Source: Candidatus Binatia bacterium (GTDB lineage: Bacteria > Desulfobacterota > Binatia > HRBIN30). From it: a stretch of DNA of 64,000 bases. Of the stretch, positions 1 to 10,553 are shown in pieces. The notes under the pieces were generated by a model, which was not told where the DNA came from, did not search any database, and saw nothing but the letters and a program-made list of their open reading frames with translations. Position 1 is the first letter of the stretch. Each line of letters starts with the position of its first letter. Made by a program: the position numbers and the translations under genes. Location: positions 39,512 through 103,511 of the forward strand of contig JBIOJG010000015.1 in NCBI GenBank assembly GCA_044450645.1. The letters run 5' to 3'.

Positions 1-590
1 CGTTCGCGGTGACCTTTGCCACCATGCCCACCACCATGTTCTGGCAGCCGCGCATGCAGGCGCTCACGGGCGAAGGCGCCTGGTTGATGGGGTGGATCTG
101 GGCGCTGCTGAACCTGGCCTCGATCGCCGGCAGTGCGCTGATCCTGCGATGGCTCAGAGGCTACGGGCGCGAACGGGTGCTCGGCCTCGTTGTCCTCTGG
201 CGTGGAAGCATGCTGGCCGTGGTGGGTCTGGCGACCGGCTTCGGCCCTGCACTGGCTGGCCTGTTGCTGATGGAAATGGGTTTCGGCGTCAGCGAACCGC
301 TGCTGCAAGCGTGGATGAACGAACACATTGCGGCGGCACAACGCGCCACCGTGTTGTCGGTACGCGCGATGTGCCTCACGCTGGGTGGCGGCCTCGGCCT
401 GGTGTGCCTCGGCCTGGTGGCGCGCGCCTTCGGCATTCCGGTCGCGTGGCTTGTTTCGGCGGTGATACTGGCGCTGACCGCCCCGGGTTTCCTGATCTTG
501 GAAGGACGAGCGCGGCGAGCTGCTGCCGGCGTCAGCCCCCACACCGCTACGCCTGCGAGTGCCAGCGTGATCCCGCCGGCAATTCGGTAA
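1..590 (+). CDS. C-terminal fragment of a multi-pass membrane transporter, MFS-like (5' end lies outside the window)
   Basis: The ORF runs from the window edge. The translation is hydrophobic and Gly/Ala/Leu-rich with several predicted TM helices, typical of an MFS C-terminal half. There is no start codon context. Confidence 0.45.
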   Translation, partial: FAVTFATMPTTMFWQPRMQALTGEGAWLMGWIWALLNLASIAGSALILRWLRGYGRERVLGLVVLWRGSMLAVVGLATGFGPALAGLLLMEMGFGVSEPLLQAWMNEHIAAAQRATVLSVRAMCLTLGGGLGLVCLGLVARAFGIPVAWLVSAVILALTAPGFLILEGRARRAAAGVSPHTATPASASVIPPAIR

Positions 591-876
591 CCGCTCCGGT
601 AACCAGCCCAGGGGGAATTGCCCACGAGCAGTGCAGGGCCTCCTAAGAACGGGAACGACCTCCTTCTTGACTCGTTCCCACGGGAAAAATCCTGCTGATT
701 TCATTCGTCTTCCTTATTCCGCCGAGCGCACTTGCCGGCCCAGTTTTTGCCTGCGCTCTTTGGGTGGGGGCGGTCTGACGGTAAGAGCATGGCTGATGTG
801 CATCCACTGGCCGTTAGAGCCGAACGCGTGGGGCACCGCTGTTTGCCGGGTCATATGTTTCCCTGAGGGCAGCCTG

Positions 877-3264
877 ATGACTCAACTCGCAGCGTCAATG
901 CCACCATCCACAGTGCTCAAGCCCATGCCCAGCCGCCGGCTCTACGTCGCAGCGTGGCTGGTGACGTTCGCACTCATTGCCGGCGCCGTGTGGTGGATCA
1001 TCATGTACGAGCGCCGCCACGTACTGGCCTACTGGGAGATGCGGGAGAACGCTGCTGCGGACGTGATGGACGCCCGCCTCTCCGATGGGCTCGCCGGTTG
1101 GTGCGCCGACGCCGAGGTGCTCGCTGCGGCGCCGTCCATCCGCGCGGCCTTGACCGGCTTGCCCGGCGGCGAGCCGGATCTTCGCACGTGGTTCCGGCAA
1201 CAGATCACCCCGTACCTCGCCCGAGCTGCCGTTGCCCAGGGGGTTCGCGGCTTTTACGTGCTGAATCCCACGGGGCAGGTCGTCGCGCAGTCGCCCGATG
1301 CACCCGCGCTCGATGCCGCTGCCTCGGCCATCGCACAAACCGTCATCCGCGAGCGGCGCCTTCAGATCGCTCTCCTTGGCGACGTCCCCGAGTCGAGCAT
1401 GATTAGCGTTACCGTCCCGATCTTCGCGGTCGACGATCCCGCCACGGTTCAGAGCGAGCCTAGCCCCGATGTGATCGGCACCGTAACGATGGTGGCGGCC
1501 GCGGCCGAGACGCTGTTCCCGCTTCTCGCGGGGGAGAGGGTGCCGAGCCGTACCGGCGAGGCGCTGCTCGTCCGGCGCGAGGGCGACGGCATAGTTTTTC
1601 TCAACCCACTTCGTCACCGTCCCGCGAACAGCCGACAGCTTCGCCTGCTGATTCACTCGGCGCCTTCGCCGGCTCGCCTGGCGCTGCAGGGAGAGAAGCG
1701 GTTCGGCGAGTTCACCGACTATCGCGGCGTCCTTGTGTTTGGGGCAACACGGCGTATCGCGCTCACGAACTGGGGACTGGTACATAAGATCGATGAAGCC
1801 GAGGCCCTCGCCGACTTTCACGCCGTCGCCCGGCTGGAAGCGGGCGTCGCTGGTTTGATCATTTTGACCCTGGCGGCGTTGCTGCGCAGTCAGTGGCAGC
1901 ACCAACGCACCCAGGTACTAGACGAGAAGATAGCGGCAAACGAAGCACGCCTCCGGCTGGCGGCGATCGTCGAGTCGTCGGACGACGCGATCATCGGCAA
2001 GACCTTGGATGGGATCATCACCAGCTGGAACGCCGGGGCGCAGAAGATGTACGGCTACGCGGCTGAGGAAATGATCGGCCGGCCGATCTCGATCCTGGTC
2101 CCGTCCGGGCACCTGGACGATCTGCCGGCGATTTTCGACCGGATCAGGCGCGGCGAACGCGTCGCGCACCTCGAGACCGTACGGGTCCGCAAGGACGGTC
2201 AACGAATCGACGTCTCGCTGACCATCTCGGCGATCGCGGACGCGCGGGGGACCGTTGTCGGCGCTTCAACGATCGCGCGCGACATCACGGAGCGCAAGCG
2301 GGCCGAGGAAACGCTACGGCGGACCGCCGCCGAGCTGGAGCGCTCCAACGCCGAGCTGCAGCAGTTCGCCTACGTGGCCTCGCACGACCTGCAAGAGCCC
2401 CTGCGCATGGTGGCGAGTTACGTCGATCTCCTGGCACAACGCTACAAGGGCAAACTCGATGCGGATGCGGACGAGTTCATCGCCTACGCCGTCGACGGCG
2501 CCACCCGGATGCGGCGCCTGGTGAACGATCTGTTGGACTATTCCCGCGTCGGCACGCGCGGGAAGGAGTTTGCGCCCACCGCCTGTGAGACGGTGCTCGA
2601 CGACGTGTTGGCCAACCTCCAGGAGACGATCGCGACAACCGGAGCCGTCGTGACCCATGACCCCCTGCCGACGGTCATCGCCGACGACCTGCAAATGATG
2701 CGGTTGCTGCAGAACCTGATCGGCAACGCCATCAAGTTCCGTGGCGCGGCACCGCCGCGCGTGCACGTCGCCGCCCGGCGACAGGACGCGGGCTGGCTGT
2801 TTTCCGTGCACGACAACGGTATCGGTATCGCCCCACAGCACTTCGAGCGCATCTTCGTGATTTTCCAACGCCTGCATGGCCGGGCGGACTATCCGGGAAC
2901 CGGAATCGGCCTGGCGATCTGCAAGCGCATCGTCGAACGTCATGGCGGGTGCATCTGGGTCGAGTCGGAACCGGGCAAAGGCTCGACCTTCTTTTTCACT
3001 ATCCCGGATGCACGAGGTCAATGGCAGGCCAGAGCTGATCGAGATCTTGATGGTCGAAGACAATCCCGGGGATGTGCGCCTGACGCGGGAAGCGCTCCGC
3101 GACGCCAAGGTGCGCAACACCATGCACGTCGTGGAGGATGGGGAAGCGGCGCTCGATTTCCTGCACCAGCGAGGCGCTTACGCCCATGCCGTCCGTCCCG
3201 ACCTGATCTTGCTCGACCTGAAGCTCCCGAGAAAGGATGGCTTAGAGGTGCTGGCCGAAATTAA
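877..3264 (+). CDS. Membrane sensor histidine kinase: N-terminal TM, large periplasmic sensor domain, second TM, PAS domain, HisKA and HATPase_c
   Basis: ATG at 877 (MTQLAAS…) is followed by a TM helix ([21 protein letters not shown]). A PAS domain follows ([31 protein letters not shown]). The H-box is [14 protein letters not shown] and the N/G boxes are LIGNAIKF … [18 protein letters not shown] … GKGSTFFF. I take the in-frame ATG at 877 rather than the ORF-track start at 631. The frame has no stop until 3264, so the 3' ~250 nt overlap the next gene; the true C-terminus is uncertain. Confidence 0.8.
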   Translation: MTQLAASMPPSTVLKPMPSRRLYVAAWLVTFALIAGAVWWIIMYERRHVLAYWEMRENAAADVMDARLSDGLAGWCADAEVLAAAPSIRAALTGLPGGEPDLRTWFRQQITPYLARAAVAQGVRGFYVLNPTGQVVAQSPDAPALDAAASAIAQTVIRERRLQIALLGDVPESSMISVTVPIFAVDDPATVQSEPSPDVIGTVTMVAAAAETLFPLLAGERVPSRTGEALLVRREGDGIVFLNPLRHRPANSRQLRLLIHSAPSPARLALQGEKRFGEFTDYRGVLVFGATRRIALTNWGLVHKIDEAEALADFHAVARLEAGVAGLIILTLAALLRSQWQHQRTQVLDEKIAANEARLRLAAIVESSDDAIIGKTLDGIITSWNAGAQKMYGYAAEEMIGRPISILVPSGHLDDLPAIFDRIRRGERVAHLETVRVRKDGQRIDVSLTISAIADARGTVVGASTIARDITERKRAEETLRRTAAELERSNAELQQFAYVASHDLQEPLRMVASYVDLLAQRYKGKLDADADEFIAYAVDGATRMRRLVNDLLDYSRVGTRGKEFAPTACETVLDDVLANLQETIATTGAVVTHDPLPTVIADDLQMMRLLQNLIGNAIKFRGAAPPRVHVAARRQDAGWLFSVHDNGIGIAPQHFERIFVIFQRLHGRADYPGTGIGLAICKRIVERHGGCIWVESEPGKGSTFFFTIPDARGQWQARADRDLDGRRQSRGCAPDAGSAPRRQGAQHHARRGGWGSGARFPAPARRLRPCRPSRPDLARPEAPEKGWLRGAGRN

Positions 3265-3466
3265 GACCCACGAGTCGCTGCGACGCATCCCGGTGGTGGT
3301 CCTCACCAGCTCGCAAGCCGAGCAGGACATCGCCCGCAGCTATGACCTCCACGCCAACGCCTACGTCGCCAAGCCGGTCGACCTGACGCAGTTCATCGCC
3401 GTGGTCAGGTCGATCGAGGACTTCTGGCTGGAGATCGTCAAGTTGCCACCGAACGGAGCGCGATGA
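3008..3466 (+). CDS. Single-domain CheY-like response regulator (receiver only)
   Basis: [22 protein letters not shown] … [13 protein letters not shown] … VVVLTSS … AYVAKPVDL are classic REC motifs: acidic pocket, phospho-Asp in LILLDL, T/S and K residues. ATG at 3008. Its stop overlaps the next ATG (ATGA at 3463–3466). Confidence 0.8.
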   Translation: MHEVNGRPELIEILMVEDNPGDVRLTREALRDAKVRNTMHVVEDGEAALDFLHQRGAYAHAVRPDLILLDLKLPRKDGLEVLAEIKTHESLRRIPVVVLTSSQAEQDIARSYDLHANAYVAKPVDLTQFIAVVRSIEDFWLEIVKLPPNGAR

Positions 3467-5025
3467 CGACTGCCCCGCGGCATATTTTGGTCGTCGAAGA
3501 CAGTCCTGGTGATGCCCGCCTGATCCAGGAACTGCTGCGCAAAGCCAAGCTGCAGGCCTTCGATACCGAGTGCATCGGCGATCTCGCCGGTGCGCTGCAG
3601 CGGCTGGTGGCGCGTAAGTTCGATGCGGTCTTGCTGGATCTTTTCCTTCCGGACAGTGAAGGAATGGAGACCTTTGCCCGGGTGCAGGCCGAAGTCCCCG
3701 ATGCGCCGGTGGTCATCCTCACTGGTCTCGATGACGAGGACACGGCCGTGCGGGCGGTGGGGTCGGGAGCACAAGACTATCTGGTGAAAGGACAGGTGAA
3801 CGGGCCGCGGCTGGTCCGGGCAATTCAGTATGCCATCGAGCGCAAGGAGGTTCAGCGAACAGCCGTCGAGCAGTTCAAGCTGGCTGAGACGTTCTTCAAT
3901 CATAGCGTCAGCTGCCTGGTTATCCTGGATCGAGACTACAACTTCGTTCGTGTCAATGAGGCCTACGCCCGAGCGTGCCGGAGAGACATCACCGAGTTCG
4001 CCGGTCGAAACCATTTCGACATGTATCCTTCCGACACCAAGCTCATCTTTGATGACGTCGTCCGAACCAAACGGCCGTTTGAAACCTTCACGAGAGCGTT
4101 CGTTTTCCCTGACCAGCCGGAGCGCGGACTGACGTATTGGGACTGGACGCTGGTGCCCATTCTCGACCAGCGAGGTGAAGTCGAATACCTCGTCTTCTCC
4201 CTCAACGAAGTCACCGAGCGCAAGCGCGCCGAGGAAGCGCTGCGCAAGTCGGAGGACGCGGCTCGCAGACTGAACGCTGAGCTGGAGCAGCGCGTGCGCG
4301 AGCGCACCGCCCAGCTGGAAGCCGTCAACAAGGAGCTGGAAGCCTTCAGCTACTCCGTATCGCACGACCTGCGCGCACCGCTACGGGCCATCGACGGCTT
4401 CAGCAAAATGCTCCTGGACCGCTACGCCAAGCGGTTGGAGGCGCAGGGCGAGCACTACCTGCAGCGGGTGCGCGAGGGTGCCCAACGCATGGATGAGCTG
4501 ATCAACGATTTGCTGACGCTCTCGCGCATCACTCGCGCCGAGATACATTGGGAGAGCGTGGATCTGACGGCACTGACGCGGGCGATTGTGGCCCAGTTGC
4601 AGACCGCGCAGCCTGAACGGCGAGTGGAGTGTGTCGTCACCGATGGCGTGGTCGCGCAGGGGGACCCTGGGTTGCTCCGCGTGGCGCTGGAGAACCTCCT
4701 GGGCAATGCGTGGAAGTACACCAGCAAGCACGCCACGGCGCGCATCGAGTTCGGTGTCACCCAGGAGAACGGGCAGCGGATCTACTTCGTACGCGACGAC
4801 GGGGCGGGATTCGATATGGCGTACGCTGATAAGCTTTTCGGCGCCTTCCAGCGCCTACACGGTGCTGAGGACTTCGAGGGCACCGGCATCGGTCTGGCCA
4901 CGGTGCAGCGCATCATCCGTCGTCACGGCGGCCGAGTCTGGGCGGAGGGCGCGGTGGAACGCGGGGCGACATTTTACTTCACGATTCCCGCGAACGCAGC
5001 TGTGCGACAAGCGTCGCGTCAGTAG
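3463..5025 (+). CDS. Hybrid response-regulator/histidine kinase (REC–PAS–HisKA–HATPase_c)
   Basis: N-terminal REC ([13 protein letters not shown] … [13 protein letters not shown] … VVILTGLDD). A PAS-like segment follows. H-box [18 protein letters not shown]. HATPase N/G boxes LLGNAWKYT … DDGAGFD … [18 protein letters not shown]. Translationally coupled (ATGA) to the upstream RR. Confidence 0.85.
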   Translation: MTTAPRHILVVEDSPGDARLIQELLRKAKLQAFDTECIGDLAGALQRLVARKFDAVLLDLFLPDSEGMETFARVQAEVPDAPVVILTGLDDEDTAVRAVGSGAQDYLVKGQVNGPRLVRAIQYAIERKEVQRTAVEQFKLAETFFNHSVSCLVILDRDYNFVRVNEAYARACRRDITEFAGRNHFDMYPSDTKLIFDDVVRTKRPFETFTRAFVFPDQPERGLTYWDWTLVPILDQRGEVEYLVFSLNEVTERKRAEEALRKSEDAARRLNAELEQRVRERTAQLEAVNKELEAFSYSVSHDLRAPLRAIDGFSKMLLDRYAKRLEAQGEHYLQRVREGAQRMDELINDLLTLSRITRAEIHWESVDLTALTRAIVAQLQTAQPERRVECVVTDGVVAQGDPGLLRVALENLLGNAWKYTSKHATARIEFGVTQENGQRIYFVRDDGAGFDMAYADKLFGAFQRLHGAEDFEGTGIGLATVQRIIRRHGGRVWAEGAVERGATFYFTIPANAAVRQASRQ

Positions 5026-5043
5026 ACCTGACCGGCGAGGGAT

Positions 5044-7686
5044 ATGGGCGATATTCCCTGGCACACGCTCTCACCTGAAGACACCGCCAGTCGGCTGGAG
5101 AGTCATCTGCACACAGGACTCGACCCAGTTGAAGCTCAGCGCCGCCTCACCCTCCACGGCAGAAATGCCATAGAAGAAACGCATCGGCGCGCTCCGTGGC
5201 GGATGCTGCTGGATCAGTTCACCGATTTCATGATCCTCGTCCTGATTGCGGCGGCGGTCGTGTCGGGAATGATCGGCGATCCACCGGACGCGATCGCCAT
5301 TGTGGTGATTGTGCTCATCAACGGCGTCATAGGCTTCGTCCAGGAGTACCGTGCCGAACGCGCCGTCGCCGCACTGAAACTGCTGGCGGCGCCCTCGGCC
5401 ACGGTGCGGCGCGGGGGGCAGGTGCAAACGGTTGTCGCTTCCGACCTTGTGACCGGTGACGTCGTTCTGCTCGAGGCCGGCAGCATTGTGCCGGCAGATC
5501 TGCGGCTAGTGGAAACCGCACAGTTCAAGGTGGAGGAAGCGGCGCTGACCGGTGAGTCGGTCCCCGTCGACAAGCGCGTGACGGCGTTGAGCGAGGCGGA
5601 TCTGCCCTTGGGTGATCGCCTCAACATGGCCTACAAGGGCACGGTCGCGAGTTACGGCCGGGCAATCGGCGTGGTGGTGGCGACGGGCATGCAGACGGAG
5701 TTGGGCAAAATCGCCACGCTCCTCAGTCGAGCAGCGGAGCCGCAGACCCCTCTGCAGAAGCGCTTGACGGAGTTTGGCCGGCGGCTGGCGTTGGCCGCAA
5801 TTGCCGTGTGCGTGGTGGTCTTTGCCGTGGGCTTGCTCCGCGGCGAGCGCCTTGTGCTCATGTTCCTGACGGCGGTGAGCCTGGCCGTCGCGGCCATTCC
5901 GGAAGCGCTCCCCGCGGTGGTCACGGTCTCACTCGCTTTCGGCGCCCACCGCATGGTGAAGCAACATGCGTTGGTCCGGCGCCTGGCGGCGGTCGAGACG
6001 CTTGGGTCAGTTACCTACGTCTGCTCGGACAAGACCGGCACGCTGACGCAGAACAAGATGCGCGCCGAGCAATTGTATGGCGACGACCGCGTGATCCAAC
6101 TTCCCGGAGGCATCGATGACGTTGTCGCCGAACCCTGGCATACGTTGCTCACAGCGTTGGCGTTGAGCAACGACGCCAGCCGCAACGGCCGCGACGAGAT
6201 CCTCGGCGACCCCACGGAGGTGGCTCTGTACGTGGCGGCGGCGGAAGCGGGCTGTGACAAAGCGGCGCTGGCGTCCACGGCGCCGCGGATGGCCGAGATC
6301 CCATTCGACTCGGAGCGCAAGTGCATGACCACCTTCCACCGTCATCCCGACGGAGTCGTCGCCTTTACGAAGGGCGCTCCGGAGCGGGTGATTGAGCGGT
6401 GTGATCGCATGCTGCATGACCGCGGGCCTGCCGCGATCGAGACGCGACGGATACTTGCCTGTGCCGAACAGATGGCCGGCCGCGGCCTGCGTGTGCTTGC
6501 CGTGGCGTACCGGATGTGGCCCGAGATCCCGGCGGATCTGTCACCTGGCGGTGTCGAGCGGGGCCTGATATTCGCGGGGCTCGTCGGTCTCATGGATCCG
6601 CCACGTGAGGAAGCTGCCGGTGCCGTTGCCCTCTGTAAAACCGCCGGGATCACCCCGGTGATGATTACGGGGGACCATCCTGCCACTGCCCGCGCCATTG
6701 CCTCGCGTCTCGGTATCATCGACGATGACGGCGCCGTGATGAGTGGGCAGGAGTTGGCCCGGCTGCCGCTTGAAGAGTTCGAAGACCGGGTCCGGCACGT
6801 GCGTGTCTACGCCCGCGTCGCACCCGAACAGAAGATCAAGATCATCAAGGCACTGCAGGACAAAGGTGAGTTCGTCGCCATGACCGGCGATGGCGTCAAC
6901 GACGCGCCGGCGCTGAAACGCGCTGATATCGGGGTGGCGATGGGCGTGACCGGGACCGATGTGGCCCGTGAAGCCGCACACATGATCCTGCTCGACGACA
7001 ATTTCGCCACCATCGTCGCCGCGGTCCGCGCCGGGCGGCGCATTTTCGACAACATCCGCAAGTTCATCAAGTACGCGATGACGGGTAACTCCGGTGAGAT
7101 CTGGACCATCTTCCTGGCCCCGTTCCTCGGGCTGCCCATCCCGCTCCTGCCCATCCACATTCTCTGGATCAACCTCGTCACCGACGGCCTGCCTGGCCTG
7201 GCGCTGGCCGCCGAACCCGAGGAAAGAGGGATCATGCAGCGCCCGCCGCGGCCGCCGCGCGAGAGCCTCTTTGCCCACGGCATGTGGCAGCACATCGTCT
7301 GGGTCGGACTGCTGATGGGCGGCGTGTCCCTGCTCACGCAGGCCTGGGCCTACCGCACTGGCTCGCAGCATTGGCAGACGATGGTCTTCACCGTGCTGAC
7401 GTTGTCGCAGATGGGGCACGTACTCGCCATCCGCTCGGAACGCGAATCGTTGTTTCGTCAGGGCGTGTGGTCGAACCTGCCGCTACTGGGCGCGGTGGTC
7501 CTGACTTTCGTACTCCAGCTGGGCACCATCTATCTCCCGTTGGCGCGTCCCCTTTTCCAGACCGAACGGCTCAGCGCGGACGAACTAGCGCTTGCGCTGG
7601 CACTGTCTTCGGTCGTGTTCATTGCCGTAGAGATGGAGAAATGGATGATCCGCCGCGGGTGGCTCTATCGGCCACTACAAGCGTGA
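5044..7686 (+). CDS. Cation-transporting P-type ATPase (P2-type, Ca2+/Mg2+-ATPase-like)
   Basis: Phosphorylation motif CSDKTGTLTQN. Also TGES, MITGDHPATA and the hinge TGDGVNDAPALKRADIGVAMG. N-terminal cation-ATPase domain and about 10 TM helices. 880 aa. Confidence 0.9.
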   Translation: MGDIPWHTLSPEDTASRLESHLHTGLDPVEAQRRLTLHGRNAIEETHRRAPWRMLLDQFTDFMILVLIAAAVVSGMIGDPPDAIAIVVIVLINGVIGFVQEYRAERAVAALKLLAAPSATVRRGGQVQTVVASDLVTGDVVLLEAGSIVPADLRLVETAQFKVEEAALTGESVPVDKRVTALSEADLPLGDRLNMAYKGTVASYGRAIGVVVATGMQTELGKIATLLSRAAEPQTPLQKRLTEFGRRLALAAIAVCVVVFAVGLLRGERLVLMFLTAVSLAVAAIPEALPAVVTVSLAFGAHRMVKQHALVRRLAAVETLGSVTYVCSDKTGTLTQNKMRAEQLYGDDRVIQLPGGIDDVVAEPWHTLLTALALSNDASRNGRDEILGDPTEVALYVAAAEAGCDKAALASTAPRMAEIPFDSERKCMTTFHRHPDGVVAFTKGAPERVIERCDRMLHDRGPAAIETRRILACAEQMAGRGLRVLAVAYRMWPEIPADLSPGGVERGLIFAGLVGLMDPPREEAAGAVALCKTAGITPVMITGDHPATARAIASRLGIIDDDGAVMSGQELARLPLEEFEDRVRHVRVYARVAPEQKIKIIKALQDKGEFVAMTGDGVNDAPALKRADIGVAMGVTGTDVAREAAHMILLDDNFATIVAAVRAGRRIFDNIRKFIKYAMTGNSGEIWTIFLAPFLGLPIPLLPIHILWINLVTDGLPGLALAAEPEERGIMQRPPRPPRESLFAHGMWQHIVWVGLLMGGVSLLTQAWAYRTGSQHWQTMVFTVLTLSQMGHVLAIRSERESLFRQGVWSNLPLLGAVVLTFVLQLGTIYLPLARPLFQTERLSADELALALALSSVVFIAVEMEKWMIRRGWLYRPLQA

Positions 7687-8346
7687 CCGATCTGTCTTGT
7701 GACCCTCGACGAGCGCCAAGAGCTGCGCAGGTTCCTCGATGGTCCGTTCGGCCCCGGTGGCGCGAAGGCCGGCGAGCCCGAAGCCCCACGCGACGCCGCA
7801 GAAGTCGATGCCGCCGGCGCGCGCGGTGTCCAGGTCGATGCGGGAATCGCCGACCACCAAGAGCCTTTCGGGTGCTGTGCCGATCAACGTGCGCAGATAG
7901 GTCAGCCCTGCCGGATCGGGCTTGCGTGCAGGAAAGGAATCGCCCCCCAGCACCACCGCAAACAGGGAGAGAATCCCGAGACCGTCAAGGATCGTGCGGC
8001 TCATCGCTTCGGGCTTGTTCGACAGCACTGAGAGTCCCGCGCCGTGCTGCGCCAGCGCCGACAGCATCTTGGCGATGCCGGGATACAACTGCGTGTGCTC
8101 CAGCAGGTGCACGCCGTAGTACTGCATGAACAATGTCAGGCCCTCTTCGAGCCGATCCGCGTGGGCCGGTCCTAGCGACCGCTTCACCAGTATTCGGGCC
8201 CCCTCGCCGATGTAGCCGGTGACGACACCCAGAGACAGCTCCAACAACCCGAGCGCACGCCGCACGTGATTGATGGCCTGCGCCAGGTCGGCGCGGGAGT
8301 CGATCAACGTTCCGTCGAGATCGAAGACGATGTGTTCGTACCGCAT
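7675..8346 (-). CDS. HAD-superfamily hydrolase (phosphoglycolate phosphatase-like)
   Basis: N-terminal IVFDLDGTLIDS (DxDGT motif I). Later K…GDS..D motifs (VVGDSRIDLDTA). 223 aa. Confidence 0.8.
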   Translation of the reverse strand: MRYEHIVFDLDGTLIDSRADLAQAINHVRRALGLLELSLGVVTGYIGEGARILVKRSLGPAHADRLEEGLTLFMQYYGVHLLEHTQLYPGIAKMLSALAQHGAGLSVLSNKPEAMSRTILDGLGILSLFAVVLGGDSFPARKPDPAGLTYLRTLIGTAPERLLVVGDSRIDLDTARAGGIDFCGVAWGFGLAGLRATGAERTIEEPAQLLALVEGHKTDRSRL

Positions 8347-8368
8347 GCGCAGGTCGACCGTGCGTCAT

Positions 8369-9238
8369 TCACCCAGCCGTGCTGATGACGGGATTCTCCA
8401 ACGCGCCAATTCCGCTGATCTCGATGCGTACAACGTCGCCCGGTTTGAGAAAGCGCCGTGGCTCACGGCGATATCCGACTCCCGCCGGCGTGCCCGTGCT
8501 GATGACGTCGCCCGGCTCGAGGGTCACGCCCGCGGAGATGAACTCGATCAGCGCAGGGATGTCGAAGATCAGGTTGCCGGTGTTGGAATGCTGCAGCTCG
8601 TCGCCGCTGACGATGGTGCGCAGGTCGAGCCCGCTCGGGTCGTTGATCTCGTCGGTCGTGACGAGGGCGGGACCCATCGGCGCGAAGGTGTCGAATGATT
8701 TCCCCATGCAGTGGCCGCTGCGGGCCTGGTAATCACGCGCAGTGACGTCGTTCATGATGGTGTAGCCGGCGACATGCTGGAGCGCGTCGTGACGGATGAC
8801 CCGTTTAGCGAGCGTGCCGATGACAACGGCCAACTCCCCTTCGTAATCGATGAGCGCGCTGGCTGGTGGGAGTTCAATGGCGGCGCCTGGTCCGATCACG
8901 GCCGTGCACGCCTTGGAAAAGATCATCGGTACTTCGGGAACTGGATTGCCGGTCTCGGCGGCGTGTTCGCGGTAGTTGAGACCGATGGCGAAGATCTTCC
9001 CCGGCCGCGGGAGCGGTGCCAGGATGCGCACGCGACCGGTGGCGATCAGGCCAGTGCCGTCCGCGAGGGCACGTGCCACGGCTGCATGTGCCGCTTCGAA
9101 CGCCTTGGGTCCGGCGGCGAGGAAGGCTAGCATCGTCTCCGGCAGCGACGGTGCAGCCGCGCGGAAATCCACGATGCCGCGTGGGCATTCGGCGCCGATG
9201 CGCGGCTCGCCATCACACAGAAAGGTCACTAGACGCAT
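8369..9238 (-). CDS. Fumarylacetoacetate hydrolase (FAH) family protein (2-keto-4-pentenoate hydratase / HpcE-like)
   Basis: MRLVTFLCDGEPRIGA … KIFAIGLNYREHAAE … GEPVMFSK-like … ELAVVIG … TGTPAGVG are hallmark FAH-family segments. ATG at 9238 is preceded by GGGAGGAAA. The upstream extension in the ORF track (to 9346) was rejected. Confidence 0.8.
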   Translation of the reverse strand: MRLVTFLCDGEPRIGAECPRGIVDFRAAAPSLPETMLAFLAAGPKAFEAAHAAVARALADGTGLIATGRVRILAPLPRPGKIFAIGLNYREHAAETGNPVPEVPMIFSKACTAVIGPGAAIELPPASALIDYEGELAVVIGTLAKRVIRHDALQHVAGYTIMNDVTARDYQARSGHCMGKSFDTFAPMGPALVTTDEINDPSGLDLRTIVSGDELQHSNTGNLIFDIPALIEFISAGVTLEPGDVISTGTPAGVGYRREPRRFLKPGDVVRIEISGIGALENPVISTAG

Positions 9239-9378
9239 GATTTCCTCCCACACCGTTGGGTAGCATTGCCAGATCGTAAGCTTATACAGCCAAGCGCAGG
9301 TTGGAGCCACTGCCGGGTTCCGGCTCAGATTGCCGTTGCTAGACATGATGGCTAGGCTGGCGTGCAGAGGACGGACGA

Positions 9379-10512
9379 GTGGAAACAGCAGATGTTGTGA
9401 TCATCGGTGCGGGGTTCGCAGGCGCCGCTACCGCGTACCATCTGACCCAACGCGGAGTACGGAATGTCCTCGTGCTCGAACGCGAAGCGGTCGCCGGTGT
9501 CCATGCCTCCGGGCGCAACGCCGCCTTGGCATTTCAGGTGTTGTCGGAAGCGGCCGAAGCGCGCCTCGCTGTGGAAGGCGCGCGCTTCATCGCCAATCCG
9601 CCCGAAGGGTTTTCGGCCGTGCCGATGTTGCGGCGCACCGGCTCGCTGCTAGTTGCTGGAACGGCAGGCGTGGCGCAGTTGCGCCAGACGCAGCAGCACG
9701 CGAAGCAGCTGGGGCTCCAATGTGAGCTGATCGATGTTGATGACGCCGTGCGGCACGTGCCGGTGTTGGCAGGGGCCCCGTTTGCCGCGGCGTTCTGGAA
9801 TCCGCACGACGGCGTGGTCGACATCCACGAACTTCTGCAGGGCTACCTGGCCGGAGCCCGGCGGGCCGGGGCTCGTGTCGAATACCGCCGCGGCATCACA
9901 GCGGTGCGGGTGGCGCACGGCCGCGTGGAAGCGGTGGAGACCGAGCGCGGTGCCGTCGAAACGCGGTGTCTGGTCAACGCCGCGGGGGCCTGGGCCGGAG
10001 AGATTGGAGGACTCGCTGGCATCGGAGCGCGTACGATGGCGCCACGCCGGCGGCATTTGTTTCAGACGGTTGCCGAAGGTCCGGTGGCCCGCGACTGGCC
10101 GTTTGTCTGGCACAACGATCTCGACGTCTACTTCCGCCCCGAGGGCGACGGGTTGCTGATGAGCCCGTGCGACGCGACGCCGCATCCACCCCGTGAGCCG
10201 GTGGTGGACAGTGCCGCCGAGGAGCTGCTGGCCGAGAAGATCGCGCGCGCCTTTCCCGCCCTGGCTTCTGTGCGCATCGCCTCTGCCTGGGCCTGTTTGC
10301 GGACGTTCGTGCGTGACGAGCGCTTCGTCATCGGCCGTGACTCGGACATCGAGGGGCTGGTATGGGTTGCCGCCCTCGGTGGCCATGGCATGACGACCAG
10401 CGCCGCCGTGGGCCGGCTCGGCGCCGCGGCCGTGCTGGAGGAATCGGGCCAAGAACTGCTGCATTTCTCCCCGGCGCGACTGGCAGGAGGTCAGTCCTCA
10501 TCTCCGTCTTGA
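9379..10512 (+). CDS. FAD-dependent oxidoreductase (DAO family; glycine/D-amino-acid oxidase-like)
   Basis: N-terminal dinucleotide-binding motif [18 protein letters not shown] and C-terminal [11 protein letters not shown], typical of the DAO family. The ORF begins with GTG at 9379; the start codon is uncertain. Confidence 0.7.
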   Translation: METADVVIIGAGFAGAATAYHLTQRGVRNVLVLEREAVAGVHASGRNAALAFQVLSEAAEARLAVEGARFIANPPEGFSAVPMLRRTGSLLVAGTAGVAQLRQTQQHAKQLGLQCELIDVDDAVRHVPVLAGAPFAAAFWNPHDGVVDIHELLQGYLAGARRAGARVEYRRGITAVRVAHGRVEAVETERGAVETRCLVNAAGAWAGEIGGLAGIGARTMAPRRRHLFQTVAEGPVARDWPFVWHNDLDVYFRPEGDGLLMSPCDATPHPPREPVVDSAAEELLAEKIARAFPALASVRIASAWACLRTFVRDERFVIGRDSDIEGLVWVAALGGHGMTTSAAVGRLGAAAVLEESGQELLHFSPARLAGGQSSSPS

Positions 10513-10553
10513 GTCGCTACCTCCCGTTCGCTACCTTCGAGTTGATCGACACG

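Noticed and set aside
631-876. 5' extension of the histidine-kinase ORF (start 631)
   Set aside because: The extension is non-hydrophobic junk preceding the obvious signal/TM helix. The in-frame ATG at 877 directly precedes the TM segment.
895-1905. Long ORFs antisense to or out of frame with confident genes (e.g. 895–1905 −, 6541–7419 −, 10563–11357 −, 12343–14022 −, 22999–24114 −, 57705–59297 −, 38880–39734 +, 50018–50830 +)
   Set aside because: Typical high-GC shadow ORFs. Arg/Ala/Gly/Pro-rich, no domains, each fully overlapped by a gene with strong motif evidence.
9239-9346. Upstream extension of the FAH-family gene to 9346
   Set aside because: The internal ATG at 9238 has a GGGAGGAAA RBS and yields the conserved MRLVTF… N-terminus. 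The extension lacks any support.
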